Below, in pieces: positions 10,494 to 20,486 of a stretch of 64,000 nt of DNA. The stretch's first letter is position 1, and every line of letters begins with the position of its first letter. The translations under genes and the position numbers were made by a program. Source of the stretch: Rhizobiaceae bacterium (GTDB lineage Bacteria; Pseudomonadota; Alphaproteobacteria; Rhizobiales; Rhizobiaceae). The notes beneath the pieces are model-generated. The model did no database searches. It saw only the letters and a list, made by a program, of their open reading frames with translations, and was not told where the DNA came from. The stretch covers positions 2,832,809 to 2,896,808 of the forward strand of contig OY770026.1 in the NCBI GenBank assembly GCA_963669455.1, given 5' to 3'.

Positions 10494-11689
10494 TTTGTGA
10501 TAGCTCCGGTCATCTGGTCACGGACCGGGGAAACACGATCACCATCGGCAACGAATGTGCCGGCGCGGTGGACCACTTCGTCGCCAATCCCGATGCCTTG
10601 GGTAACCTCGACAAATCCGTCCGCACGAGCCCCAAGGCTGACGGGTGTTGTGGACACCAATCCGTTTTCGACGTGCTGAACGAAGGCCTCGTTGCCCCGA
10701 TAGATGATTGCGCTGGCAGGTACGGAGACACCCTCGCGCCTTGATATTTCAATCCCGGCGGAAGCAAAATTGCCAACGCGCGCATTGCCAGCTGCAGGCA
10801 GGCTGATGCGAATCGTACCAAGGCGCGAACGCCGGTCTATTTCAGGAGCGATCAGCCGGATCGTGCCGCCAACCGAGGCGTTGTTTCCGGCCACCGTGAC
10901 ATCAGCCCGCATCCCTTCGGCGAGTGCGGGCAATGCCGTCTCGGCTACGTCGGCGGCAAGCTCCAGCTCGTTTGCGATGGCAATGCGAAACAATGCCCCG
11001 CTTTGCGCCGAAACGACACCGCCTAGCGTCACATTGCGCGCAAGCACCAGCCCGCCCGCCGGCGCTTTGATGACGGTTTTGGCGAGCTTGATCTCAACAT
11101 CGCGTTTTTGCGCCAACACCACACCAACCTGCGCTTTGGCGGATTTTTGCGCCATGTGTGCTGAATTCAACCGCGCCCGGGCGCTATCACGCGCATTAAC
11201 CGCATTGTCGAGTTGCGCCGCGGTCGCGTGGCCCTTCTCCTTCAAGACCTCGATGCGTTGAAGGGTTTCCTCCGCCTGACGCACCGCGATTTCGGCATCG
11301 GCGATCTGGGACTGCGCCTGCGCGACGCTGGCTTCGGCCTGTATTTTACTGGCTTCCAATTGAGCGGCCTGCATCTCAAGTGGCGTACGGTCGAGCGTTG
11401 CAAGGGTGGCGCCCTTTTTTATGGTGTCGCCGCGATCCGCATTAAGCGTCATCACGGTCAGACCGTTCAAATCGGTGCTGACAACGGCCTCCTCGCGCGC
11501 CAGAACCGTGCCATTGACGTGCAGGCGCTCGACGAGCTCACGTTTTTGGGCAGCAACGACACGAATGGCCGGCGCCGGCTGTTTCACCACCGGCTTGGCA
11601 CCCTCTTCAGCCGCCATTGATTGCCCGGCAAACAACAGCAATACGCCTATGGTGATGAATATCACTGGGACAAAGGAACGAATTTTCAT
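10490..11689 (-). CDS. RND efflux periplasmic adaptor (membrane fusion protein)
   Basis: 399 aa with signal/anchor, coiled-coil hairpin and beta-barrel regions. Its stop overlaps the RND start by 4 nt. Confidence 0.9.
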   Translation of the reverse strand: MKIRSFVPVIFITIGVLLLFAGQSMAAEEGAKPVVKQPAPAIRVVAAQKRELVERLHVNGTVLAREEAVVSTDLNGLTVMTLNADRGDTIKKGATLATLDRTPLEMQAAQLEASKIQAEASVAQAQSQIADAEIAVRQAEETLQRIEVLKEKGHATAAQLDNAVNARDSARARLNSAHMAQKSAKAQVGVVLAQKRDVEIKLAKTVIKAPAGGLVLARNVTLGGVVSAQSGALFRIAIANELELAADVAETALPALAEGMRADVTVAGNNASVGGTIRLIAPEIDRRSRLGTIRISLPAAGNARVGNFASAGIEISRREGVSVPASAIIYRGNEAFVQHVENGLVSTTPVSLGARADGFVEVTQGIGIGDEVVHRAGTFVADGDRVSPVRDQMTGAITK

Positions 11690-11690
11690 T

Positions 11691-12359
11691 TTACACCTGC
11701 CCAGCCCTGTTCACCGGCCGTAAATTTGCTGCAACTGCAGCGCGCATAAGTTTATCAATCTCGGATATAGCAATGCCCTTTGAGGGAAGGTCCGCCAGCA
11801 CCAGCCCTTCTCCGAGCGCCATCATCACCGGCAGAAGAATGTCGAGCGGCGCGCGCGGCTTGATCTCACCACGGTCAACAGCCGCCTGCAAATAGTTGAA
11901 AATCGCTTCCGACGTCTGCCGCATGGATGCTTCACAGCACTGGCATACGGCTTCATTGCGCATGCCTTCGGCACGGATTTCGGTGAACAAGGGAGCATTT
12001 CCGCTCTCGTGCACATGCATCAGATGGCCAATGGCCGCAGAGACAAAACCGTCGATCACATCGGGATTGTCGACCATCTCCGCCAGAATCTTTGCATCCT
12101 CGGCCATGTCTGCCTCGGCAATGGCTTCAATCATCGATTCCTTGGAGGGGAAATAGCGGTAAAGCGCGCCGGGGCTCATTTCGGCTTCCCGGCATATCTC
12201 GTTCATTGATGCGCCCTGAAAACCCGAGCGGACAAAGCAGCGCTTGGCGGCTTCCATAATTCTGATTGTCTGGGCCTCGCGGCGATCCGCGCGCGAAACC
12301 GGCTGCGAACCATGCTTCGCATTATCCGTATCAACCGTCTGTGTCGCAGTTTGTTCCAT
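11691..12359 (-). CDS. TetR/AcrR family transcriptional regulator
   Basis: N-terminal HTH (RIMEAAKRCFVRSGFQGASMNEICREAEMSPGALYRYFPSKE). Start set at ATG 12359 (AGGTGG 5 nt upstream), because the longer start at 12389 lies inside the operator palindrome. The stop lies 1 nt before the MFP start. Confidence 0.85.
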   Translation of the reverse strand: MEQTATQTVDTDNAKHGSQPVSRADRREAQTIRIMEAAKRCFVRSGFQGASMNEICREAEMSPGALYRYFPSKESMIEAIAEADMAEDAKILAEMVDNPDVIDGFVSAAIGHLMHVHESGNAPLFTEIRAEGMRNEAVCQCCEASMRQTSEAIFNYLQAAVDRGEIKPRAPLDILLPVMMALGEGLVLADLPSKGIAISEIDKLMRAAVAANLRPVNRAGQV

Positions 12360-12377
12360 GATGCCACCTGCAAAAGA

Positions 12378-12415
12378 GTGAACGTTCATTCGCGCATATG
12401 AGAATGAACGTTCGC
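12378..12415. promoter_or_regulatory. candidate TetR operator: 38 bp near-perfect palindrome
   Basis: GTGAACGTTCATTC-gcgcatatga-GAATGAACGTTCGC. The arms match 13 of 14, and each arm contains the self-complementary GAACGTTC. It lies just upstream of tetR, in the tetR/GNAT divergent region. Confidence 0.55.
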
Positions 12416-12581
12416 TCTGTCAATAGCGGTGACCGGATATAGTAAAGAAGATCTCAAATCCGGAAAGATTGCGCCAGCTGCCAACACCCTGCTCCAGACG
12501 GCTCAGTTAACGTCTGCCGACGGATCATGGGAATTCAACTCTGCCTTGCCAGGCGTGCCTTTTTTACTGCAAAAACATGCA

Positions 12582-13369
12582 ATGACGGTCTCGCTGCGCC
12601 CACTTCAATCAGACGATTTGACAATGCTGCATCGCTGGCTGAACCGGAAACATCTGTTTCCGTTTTATATGCAAGAACCGATCTCGTTTGCGGAAGTGTT
12701 TGATAAATTCGAGCCAAGGGTTGGCGGAAATCACAAGACAAAGTGTTTGGTTGCGTGCCTCGATGGAAACCCTTACGGCTATGTTCAGTGGTACCTTAAT
12801 CGCAGCTATCCGGATTATGGAGCCGCAGTCATCGGAAAAGATTTCGGTTTCAGTATCGACTATTTCATCGGCGAGATGGCCTGTCTTGGCAAATCGCTTG
12901 GCTCTTCCATGCTCAGACAAACCACCAAGCAGACCTTTGTGCTACTAAACGCCAGCGACCAAGTCGCCTACATCGCACACGACAACCGCAACAATCCCGC
13001 AATTAGAGCAGTTTTGACCCATTCAGAGTCAATTCTGTTTGTCGATTGGGGTGGCGATCCGGTGTCAAGCCGCTCGACGGGCGATGCCTGCCCATCGTTC
13101 TAGGGCGGGTTGGCATCGGGCGCCCGCCAATCGCAAACCCGTTCGGGCCGGGCGTTTTCGGGCCAAATCCATCGCGTTTGCTCGTGAACGTATCTGGATA
13201 TGCCCGACGAACAAACGCTCGACCTTGACCCGAAACCGCTCCGGCAGAATGGCTCTGAATGGGTTAAAACTGCTCTAGATGCACCGAGAGGGCCGGCTTC
13301 AAAAGCGACTGCGAATTTGTGGACAAAGGAAAAATCTGCACATTGTATTCGCGTGATGCGCGATGCTGA
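12582..13369 (+). pseudogene. AAC(6')-like GNAT N-acetyltransferase, interrupted by a 270 bp MITE
   Basis: MTVSLRPLQSDDLTMLHRWLNRKHLFPFY...GYVQWY...IDYFIGE...GKSLGS...DNRNNPAIR up to 13005. After the insert the frame resumes as CTERAGFKSDCEFVDKGKICTLYSRDARC*, ending at 13369. That restores the AIRxxExAGF motif expected in this family. Confidence 0.75.
13006..13275. mobile_element. non-autonomous MITE-like element with TA target duplication
   Basis: Left end is GAGCAGTTTTGACCCATTCAGAG. Right end reverse-complemented is GAGCAGTTTTAACCCATTCAGAG (1 mismatch). It is flanked by TA at 13004-13005 and 13276-13277, has no ORF of transposase size inside, and excision restores the GNAT frame. Confidence 0.75.
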
Positions 13370-13465
13370 ATGGGTGCCAGTGACTACAAGTCACTCAACC
13401 GGGTATGGTTTCAAGTTTCGTCCGCAAAATTGACTTCGGGGCCAAAACGGAAACTCAGCTACAGT

Positions 13466-14617
13466 CTAAACCTCGACGATTGCGACTTTGCCATCGGCGT
13501 ATCGAAGCGCGATTTCGCCGCGCACCAGCCTCAGCGCCGGTTCGCCAAAGACTTCGCGCCGCCATCCGCTAAGAGCCGGGATTTCAGCCTCCTCGCCGTC
13601 GATGGCGAGTTTATCGATATCATCACTTGAGGCCAGCACCTTGGCGGCCACGCCGAACTCCTCCGACGTCATCTTGAGCAGAACCTTGAGCAACTCGGCT
13701 GCGGCGACGGCACCATTGGGCGGCCGTTTGATTTTCGGTGCGGTCGGCATCTGGTCACGAGGCAGTGCCAGCGCTTCGTTGATTGCAGCCAGAAGCCCGT
13801 TTGCATTTGCCGAGCGTTCCCAGCCCCGCGGAACCGATCTTAACCGCCCGAGTGCTACCTGGTCTTTGGGTTGCTGCTGGGCAATTTCGAAAATCGTGTC
13901 GTCCTTCAGCACCCTGCCCCGCGGCACGTTGCGCGATCTTGCCTCGCGTTCACGCCATGCCGCGACCGAGCGCATGACCGCCAGTTCCGGCGGCTTGCGC
14001 AGCCGTCTCTTCAGCCGATGCCAGGCGTTGTCGGGATGAATGTCATAGGTTTCGCGGGCCGTCAGCACTTCCATCTCGCCTTCCAGCCAGTGCGCCCGGT
14101 TTTCACGCTCCAGCTCGCCGGCAAGATGTTTGTAGACATCAATCAGATGAGTGACATCTGCCAGCGCATAAGCAAGCTGCTTGTCCGACAGGGGTCTGCG
14201 CCGCCAATCGGTAAAGCGCGACGACTTGTCGATTGCCTGTCCGGTGATGCGTTGAACCAGCTGGTCGTAGGAAATGCTGTCGCCAAAACCGCACACCATT
14301 GCCGCGACCTGGGTGTCGAACACCGGATGGGGAATAAGCTTGCCGAGATGAAAGACGATCTCAATGTCCTGACGCGCTGCGTGGAAGACTTTTGTGACGC
14401 TCTCATCGGCCATCAAATCGAAAAACGGCTTCAGGTCAATGTCCGGTGCAAGCGCATCGACCATCGCCTCCACGCCCGGCGCGGCCATCTGGATGAGGCA
14501 TAATTCCGGCCAGAACGTCGTTTCGCGAATAAATTCCGTGTCGATTGTTACGAAATCGGATTTTGCAAGTTCGGCTGTGGCCTGCGCCAGCCCCTCGGTC
14601 GTATCGATTAATTTCAT
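13466..14617 (-). CDS. rnd: ribonuclease D
   Basis: DEDDy 3'-5' exonuclease motifs (VTIDTEFIR, HAARQDIE, YALADVTHL) plus an HRDC region. Start set at MKLIDTTEG. Confidence 0.9.
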   Translation of the reverse strand: MKLIDTTEGLAQATAELAKSDFVTIDTEFIRETTFWPELCLIQMAAPGVEAMVDALAPDIDLKPFFDLMADESVTKVFHAARQDIEIVFHLGKLIPHPVFDTQVAAMVCGFGDSISYDQLVQRITGQAIDKSSRFTDWRRRPLSDKQLAYALADVTHLIDVYKHLAGELERENRAHWLEGEMEVLTARETYDIHPDNAWHRLKRRLRKPPELAVMRSVAAWREREARSRNVPRGRVLKDDTIFEIAQQQPKDQVALGRLRSVPRGWERSANANGLLAAINEALALPRDQMPTAPKIKRPPNGAVAAAELLKVLLKMTSEEFGVAAKVLASSDDIDKLAIDGEEAEIPALSGWRREVFGEPALRLVRGEIALRYADGKVAIVEV

Positions 14618-14802
14618 GCTTGCCTGATAATCAATTTGGCTTTGTTTGTCTTTAGCCCAATGCCATCTCGGAGCCAATTAATCTTAGGTTGTGGTTAGCA
14701 TCTGTTTATCGGATGGGCGTTTGCGCGCCAGATTGTTGAAGACGGCAAAGGTTTGAAGCAAGCCAGAAAACCGTTTACGGCCGATAGCCGGGGCGGCGGC
14801 AA

Positions 14803-15702
14803 TCATTTTTTCCTGCGCATCCGTTCACGCCAGATGATGGCCAACCCACCGCCGATGATTAAAAATACCCCGGGGATCAGGCGGCCAAACGGTGTTTCTG
14901 AAAAAACTACCCAGCCGATCAAGAATGAAAACGGTATGCCAAAATACTCAAACGGCGACAGGCTGGACGCCTCTGTCAGGCGGTATGCGGAGATCAGGCA
15001 AAAAACGGCGATGCCACCGGCCGATCCCATTGCGAACAGCCAACCCCAATCGCTAATACTTGCGACCGGCACATAGTCGCTTGTCAGGTAAAGCAGAATT
15101 GCCGAACCGGCCAGTGCGCCGACGAACGCATAGAGGTTGATGATTGCCGTGGAAATGTGACCTGGAAACATTTTCGCCGTGATGTTGCTGCAGGAATAGC
15201 CAAGGGCTGCCAGCACCGGCAGCACTGCATACCAGTCGAACACGCCGCTGCCGGGACGCATCACCAAAAGCACGCCAGCAAAGCCGATGAGAACCGCGAT
15301 CCATCGAACCGGACCCACCGGTTTGCCGAGAAGCGGGACGGACAGCGCGGTGGTAAATAGCGGACCGGCGAAGACCAGGCTGGTCGCTGTGGCAAAGGCC
15401 ATCTCGCTTAGCGCCAGGTAAAAGCAGAACTGTGCCGCCGTGATGAACAGGCCGCGTGCCAGCGCCAGCGGCCACTTTTCGATGACAAGCGGCCGGCCGG
15501 CCTCGTGCCACGATCGCGTGAACCACAATATCAAGACGCCGGGGACGAGACCGAAAACATTGCGGAAAAGCGACAATTGCTGCGGCGGGTAACGCTCGCC
15601 TAAAAACTTGATGATCGCACCCATGACATCGAACAACAATATCGCCACCAGGATCAAGACAACGGCGCGGGCGAAGGGGGGCAGAAAGCCTAATCGGGCC
15701 AT
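14803..15702 (-). CDS. DMT superfamily (EamA-like) transporter
   Basis: 299 aa, 10 TM, two EamA repeats. Confidence 0.8.
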   Translation of the reverse strand: MARLGFLPPFARAVVLILVAILLFDVMGAIIKFLGERYPPQQLSLFRNVFGLVPGVLILWFTRSWHEAGRPLVIEKWPLALARGLFITAAQFCFYLALSEMAFATATSLVFAGPLFTTALSVPLLGKPVGPVRWIAVLIGFAGVLLVMRPGSGVFDWYAVLPVLAALGYSCSNITAKMFPGHISTAIINLYAFVGALAGSAILLYLTSDYVPVASISDWGWLFAMGSAGGIAVFCLISAYRLTEASSLSPFEYFGIPFSFLIGWVVFSETPFGRLIPGVFLIIGGGLAIIWRERMRRKK

Positions 15703-15913
15703 TTTGTCTCCTTGCCAGGTACGGCCCGTTGTCAGGACATTTTATCGCCCCACCGCACCCAGACCAGACGGGCAACGGCAGCCGCGGACAATACAAGAGC
15801 AAAGGGATAATTCAAAACTGCGGCGGGATGGGTGTTTAAAAGTGCCTGCGGCGGCGCGTTCAATAAAGCAGCACTACTTGCCACGAATCACTTGTGCCGC
15901 TAACCCGCAAACC

Positions 15914-18163
15914 ATGGGAAAAAGCCTGTTTCCGCCGGGCGGCGGTGAAGATGACATTGAAACGGTCGATCTGAAATCGGCCCTGGAAGAGCGCTATCTG
16001 GCCTATGCGCTTTCCACAATCATGCACCGTGCGCTGCCGGATGTGCGCGACGGGCTGAAGCCCGTGCACCGGCGTATCCTGCATGCCATGCGCATTCTCA
16101 AGCTTTCCCCCAACGACGCTTACAAGAAATGCGCCCGCATCGTCGGCGATGTGATCGGCAAATTCCACCCGCATGGCGATCAGGCGGTCTATGACGCACT
16201 GGTGCGTCTGGCGCAGGATTTTTCCATGCGCTATCCGCTGATCGACGGACAGGGCAATTTTGGCAATATCGACGGCGACAACGCCGCTGCCTACCGCTAC
16301 ACCGAAGCACGCATGACCGAGGTGGCGACCTCGCTTCTGCAAGGCATCAGCGAAGACGCGGTCGATTTTCGCCCGACCTACAATGAGGAAGACGAGGAGC
16401 CGGTGGTGCTGCCCGGCGCGTTTCCGAACCTGCTCGCCAACGGCTCGTCCGGCATCGCCGTCGGCATGGCGACATCGATCCCGCCGCACAATGCCGCTGA
16501 ACTGTGCGAGGCGGCGCTGCATCTGATCGAACATCCAAACGCCCGTATCGAAACGCTGGTCGGCATGGTGCCGGGGCCTGATTTTCCAACCGGCGGTACG
16601 ATTGTCGATGACCGCGCGTCGATTACCGAGGCTTACGCGACCGGCCGCGGGGGTTTTCGTGTCAGAGCCCGGTGGGAAAAAGAAGATCAGGGCCGCGGCA
16701 CCTGGGTGATCGCGGTTACCGAAGTTCCCTACCAGGTGCAAAAATCGCGCCTGATAGAAAAAATCGCCGAACTTCTGATTGCCAAGAAACTGCCGCTTTT
16801 GGAAGACATTCGCGATGAGAGCGCAGAAGACATCCGCATTGTTCTGGTGCCGAAAAACCGCTCGGTCGATCCCGGCGTGTTGATGGAATCGCTGTTCAAG
16901 CTCACCGATCTGGAAAGCCGCATTTCGCTCAACATGAATGTGCTGTCACGCGGCAAGGTTCCAAACGTCCTGTCGCTCGGCGATGTGCTGAAGCAATGGC
17001 TTGAACACCGCAAGGAGGTGCTGCTGCGACGCTCGCGGCACCGGCTTGGCGTTATCGAGCACCGGCTGGAAGTGCTCGGCGGCTATCTCATCGCCTATCT
17101 CAACATCGACGAAGTGATAAAAATCATCCGTGAGGAGGATGAGCCCAAAAAAGTGATGATGGCCCGTTTCGATCTCACCGATGTGCAGGCCGAGGCGATC
17201 CTCAATATGCGGCTGCGCGCACTGCGCAAGCTTGAGGAATTTGAAATCCGCAAGGAATTCGACGGCCTGACCGAGGAGAAGGCCGGTATCGAAGCGCTGC
17301 TGAGTTCAGACGAAAAACAGTGGCAGACGATCGCCTGGGAAGTGGGCGAGGTCAAAAAGACATTTGGCAAGGATACCGACCTTGGCCGCCGTCGCACCGA
17401 TTTCGGCGAAGCGCCCGAGCACGATATCGAGGCGATCCAGCAGGCGATGATCGAAAAGGAACCGGTCACCATCGTCGTGTCGGAAAAAGGCTGGCTGCGC
17501 GCGCTGAAGGGTCATCTGGCGGATTTTTCAGCACTTGCCTTCAAGGAAGGCGACGGGCTGAAACTGGCTTTCCATGCGCTGACCACCGACAAGGTCCTGC
17601 TGTTTACCACCGGCGGGAAGTTCTACACGCTCGGCGCCGACCGGCTGCCGGGCGGGCGCGGCCATGGCGAACCGGTTCGCATCATGGTCGACATGGAAAA
17701 CGATCAGGACATCGTTACCGCCTTCGTGCACGATCCGGAGCGCAAGATGTTGCTGGCATCGCATGCGGGCAATGGTTTTGTTGTTGCGGAAAAGGACGTT
17801 GTCGCCAATACCCGCAAGGGCAAACAGGTGATGAATGTGAAAACGCCCGATGAGGCGATGCACTGCGTGCCGGTTTCAGGCGATCATATTGCCATTGTCG
17901 GCGACAACAGAAAGATGTTGATTTTTCCGCTGGCAGACATTCCCGAAATGACCCGCGGCAAAGGTGTCCGTCTGCAAAAATACAAGGATGGCGGCGCCAA
18001 GGACGTGAAGACCTTCATGCTTTCCGACGGGCTTTCCTGGCTCGATTCGGCCGAGCGCACATTTACCAAATCCGCAGACGAGCTTTCCGAATGGAGCGGC
18101 GCGCGCGCATCTGCCGGCCGGGCTGTGCCAAAGGGCTTTCCCCGTTCTGGCAGGTTTGGCTGA
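15914..18163 (+). CDS. parC: DNA topoisomerase IV subunit A
   Basis: [33 protein letters not shown], active-site [11 protein letters not shown], and a C-terminal beta-pinwheel. Start at ATG 15914, because the longer ORF overlaps the DMT gene. Confidence 0.95.
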   Translation: MGKSLFPPGGGEDDIETVDLKSALEERYLAYALSTIMHRALPDVRDGLKPVHRRILHAMRILKLSPNDAYKKCARIVGDVIGKFHPHGDQAVYDALVRLAQDFSMRYPLIDGQGNFGNIDGDNAAAYRYTEARMTEVATSLLQGISEDAVDFRPTYNEEDEEPVVLPGAFPNLLANGSSGIAVGMATSIPPHNAAELCEAALHLIEHPNARIETLVGMVPGPDFPTGGTIVDDRASITEAYATGRGGFRVRARWEKEDQGRGTWVIAVTEVPYQVQKSRLIEKIAELLIAKKLPLLEDIRDESAEDIRIVLVPKNRSVDPGVLMESLFKLTDLESRISLNMNVLSRGKVPNVLSLGDVLKQWLEHRKEVLLRRSRHRLGVIEHRLEVLGGYLIAYLNIDEVIKIIREEDEPKKVMMARFDLTDVQAEAILNMRLRALRKLEEFEIRKEFDGLTEEKAGIEALLSSDEKQWQTIAWEVGEVKKTFGKDTDLGRRRTDFGEAPEHDIEAIQQAMIEKEPVTIVVSEKGWLRALKGHLADFSALAFKEGDGLKLAFHALTTDKVLLFTTGGKFYTLGADRLPGGRGHGEPVRIMVDMENDQDIVTAFVHDPERKMLLASHAGNGFVVAEKDVVANTRKGKQVMNVKTPDEAMHCVPVSGDHIAIVGDNRKMLIFPLADIPEMTRGKGVRLQKYKDGGAKDVKTFMLSDGLSWLDSAERTFTKSADELSEWSGARASAGRAVPKGFPRSGRFG

Positions 18164-18326
18164 TCGGGACCGGTCGCCGCCCGCAGGCCGCTTTTTTGGC
18201 TGCTTTGCAACCGGGCGAGCGGTTTGCTGACACATCACGGGATCATCGCCTGCACCTTTGCCACCGGCAGTAAACAAGCAAAAACACGAACGTGATTTGT
18301 TCGGGATGTGTGCCGCGGGATAGGCT

Positions 18327-18866
18327 TTGCCGATGCACCACAGGATCTTCGCCGCGCTCATCGTCATTTGTTTCGGTCTGTCCTCGCCAGCCTACAGTGA
18401 GGAGGCAGACTGGCGCCAGTTGCGCAATCTGGTCGAAGCGGGTCCATTGATCGGCGGGGGCAGCAAAACTCCGATGCCGACGGAAGGTCCGGTCATCGTC
18501 ACCTTCTTTGCATCATGGTGTCCTCCCTGCACCGATGAGTTTCAGCACCTCAACGAACTGGCGGGTTCGTCGGCTGGCCAAGAGACAACAATTGTCGCGA
18601 TCAACCTGTTTGAGGACTTTGGCGGCAAGAAAAATCCGGCGCGCATGGCGAGATTTTTACAACGCACAAAGCCACAATTTCCGCTGATCGAAGGCTCCGA
18701 GACCATGCGATTGGCATTCGGCAATATTGAGCGCATTCCCACGGTCGTCGTCTACGGAACATCCGGCCGCGAGGTATGGCGTTTTGTTCACAAACAAGGT
18801 GCTGACAAAACCCACGCGACAAAGGATGATTTGCTGGCGGCGCTGGCGATTGCGAAGGAAAACTAA
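18327..18866 (+). CDS. TlpA-like periplasmic thiol:disulfide oxidoreductase (redoxin)
   Basis: Signal peptide followed by FFASWCPPC (CxxC) in a thioredoxin fold. Confidence 0.75.
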   Translation: MPMHHRIFAALIVICFGLSSPAYSEEADWRQLRNLVEAGPLIGGGSKTPMPTEGPVIVTFFASWCPPCTDEFQHLNELAGSSAGQETTIVAINLFEDFGGKKNPARMARFLQRTKPQFPLIEGSETMRLAFGNIERIPTVVVYGTSGREVWRFVHKQGADKTHATKDDLLAALAIAKEN

Positions 18867-18974
18867 AAGGGCCGGGCCATGAAAACGATTTAGGCGGCAG
18901 GCGTGCATCTGCCGGCCAGATCGAGCCAAAGGGCTTTCCGCGCTCCGGCCAATTCGGATAGGAACGCGCTTTTA

Positions 18975-20486
18975 TTACGCCTCGACTGCCAGCCTGAGCG
19001 GTTTACCGGTTACTCTGGCCAGTTGCTCCAGGCGCCATGCCGGACGCTCCCCGTAAAGCCCGGCCATCTGGTGCGGAATGCGCAGTTCCAGGACACCATC
19101 GTCGCCCTTTGCCCAGGCGAGAAGCGGGATCACGCCCGGCATGGCCGCCGATAACAAGTATCCAACCCGCATGATCGTGCCGGTAAGGCGCGCCCGCTCG
19201 GCCAGCCGATTGCCGGTAAGTTCAATCAGTCTGGATGACAGCTTGGCGGACGGGCCTTCGTGGTGGTAGGCGTTGGCCAGCGCAATGAAGGCGCGGCCTG
19301 GATGGGTGACGCCGATGAACGATGTATGCGAGATGACGTTTATCGACTGGGTTCCGCGATATTCCGGATGCGCCCTCCAGCCGATATCGGCCATCATGCA
19401 CGCGGCGCGGCGATAGCGGGCCTCGTCTGCGGTCTCATCATAGCCGAGTGCCGCAATGGCCTCTCCCGTCCAGGCAGCCATCTCATGGGCATGCGCATTG
19501 GAGCGGGAGCGCAGCACGGCCATCTCCTCGGCCGCGACAATTAACGGATCGAGCGTACGTTCCTTGTCGCTCAACAGGGAATACAAAAAGCCTTCGCGTA
19601 CGCCAAGTGCCGAGACTTCGATATGCGATGGCTCCATCAGGCGGATGATTTCTTCCAGAACAATCGCACCGTAGGGCAGCAGCGAGCGGCGGTTTTTGGA
19701 CACGCTGTCAATGCCCTTTATCGATTCAATGTTGCCGCTGGCAACCTGCTTGAGGAACCCGCCGATTGCGCCTGGAACCATCTTATAATGGTGCATGACG
19801 CCCAGCGGGTAATTGAGTGAACTCATATGCAGCCGGGCAAGATTGCGCCAGGTGCCGCCGACAGCATAAAAAATGCGCTCCCTGCCCTGTTTCAACCATG
19901 GCGCACGCTGCAATTCGGCTGCGACGATTTTGCGGACTTTGCCAAATTCCGCTCCGGCCATATCGGTAAGCCTGAGCCCGCCAAGTGGCAGGGTGATGCC
20001 GTCACCGATGTCGGTGCCCTGCACATCGAACAATTCCAGACTGCCGCCGCCCAGATCGCCACCGATCCCGTCTGCGCCGACAAATCCTGAAATGATCCCA
20101 AGCGCGGAATAGTGAGCTTCCTCGCGCCCGGTCAGCACCTGAATTTCTGCGCCAAGTATGGCCTCGGCGCGTTCGATGAATTCCGGGCCGTTTTCAGCTT
20201 CGCGCGCGGCCGCAGTCGCAATCACGTGCAGGTCTTGTGCACCGGACTGGCGCACCAATGCGCTAAACCGGCGAAACTCCTCAATGGCCGCGTCGACGGC
20301 GTATCTATCCAGCCTGCCTGTGGAATGAACACCCTTGCCGAGGCCTGCAAGCATTTTTTCGTTGAAAAGCACCGTCGGCGAGCGGGTCACACCTTCGTAG
20401 ACCACGAGACGGATCGAGTTTGAGCCGACATCGATGATGGCGACAGGTTTTCTGTCCGGCAGGCGCCCCTGGGAGTTTCGGTTCAT
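18975..20486 (-). CDS. ppx: exopolyphosphatase (Ppx/GppA family)
   Basis: [28 protein letters not shown] and GGGSLE motifs. The ATG overlaps the ppk TGA (ATGA at 20483-20486). Confidence 0.9.
   Translation of the reverse strand: MNRNSQGRLPDRKPVAIIDVGSNSIRLVVYEGVTRSPTVLFNEKMLAGLGKGVHSTGRLDRYAVDAAIEEFRRFSALVRQSGAQDLHVIATAAAREAENGPEFIERAEAILGAEIQVLTGREEAHYSALGIISGFVGADGIGGDLGGGSLELFDVQGTDIGDGITLPLGGLRLTDMAGAEFGKVRKIVAAELQRAPWLKQGRERIFYAVGGTWRNLARLHMSSLNYPLGVMHHYKMVPGAIGGFLKQVASGNIESIKGIDSVSKNRRSLLPYGAIVLEEIIRLMEPSHIEVSALGVREGFLYSLLSDKERTLDPLIVAAEEMAVLRSRSNAHAHEMAAWTGEAIAALGYDETADEARYRRAACMMADIGWRAHPEYRGTQSINVISHTSFIGVTHPGRAFIALANAYHHEGPSAKLSSRLIELTGNRLAERARLTGTIMRVGYLLSAAMPGVIPLLAWAKGDDGVLELRIPHQMAGLYGERPAWRLEQLARVTGKPLRLAVEA

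Noticed and set aside
15608-15913. 102-codon N-terminal extension of parC in the ORF track
   Set aside because: The extension overlaps the end of the convergent-looking DMT gene region and is Arg/Pro-rich. ParC homology begins at MGKSLF (ATG 15914).
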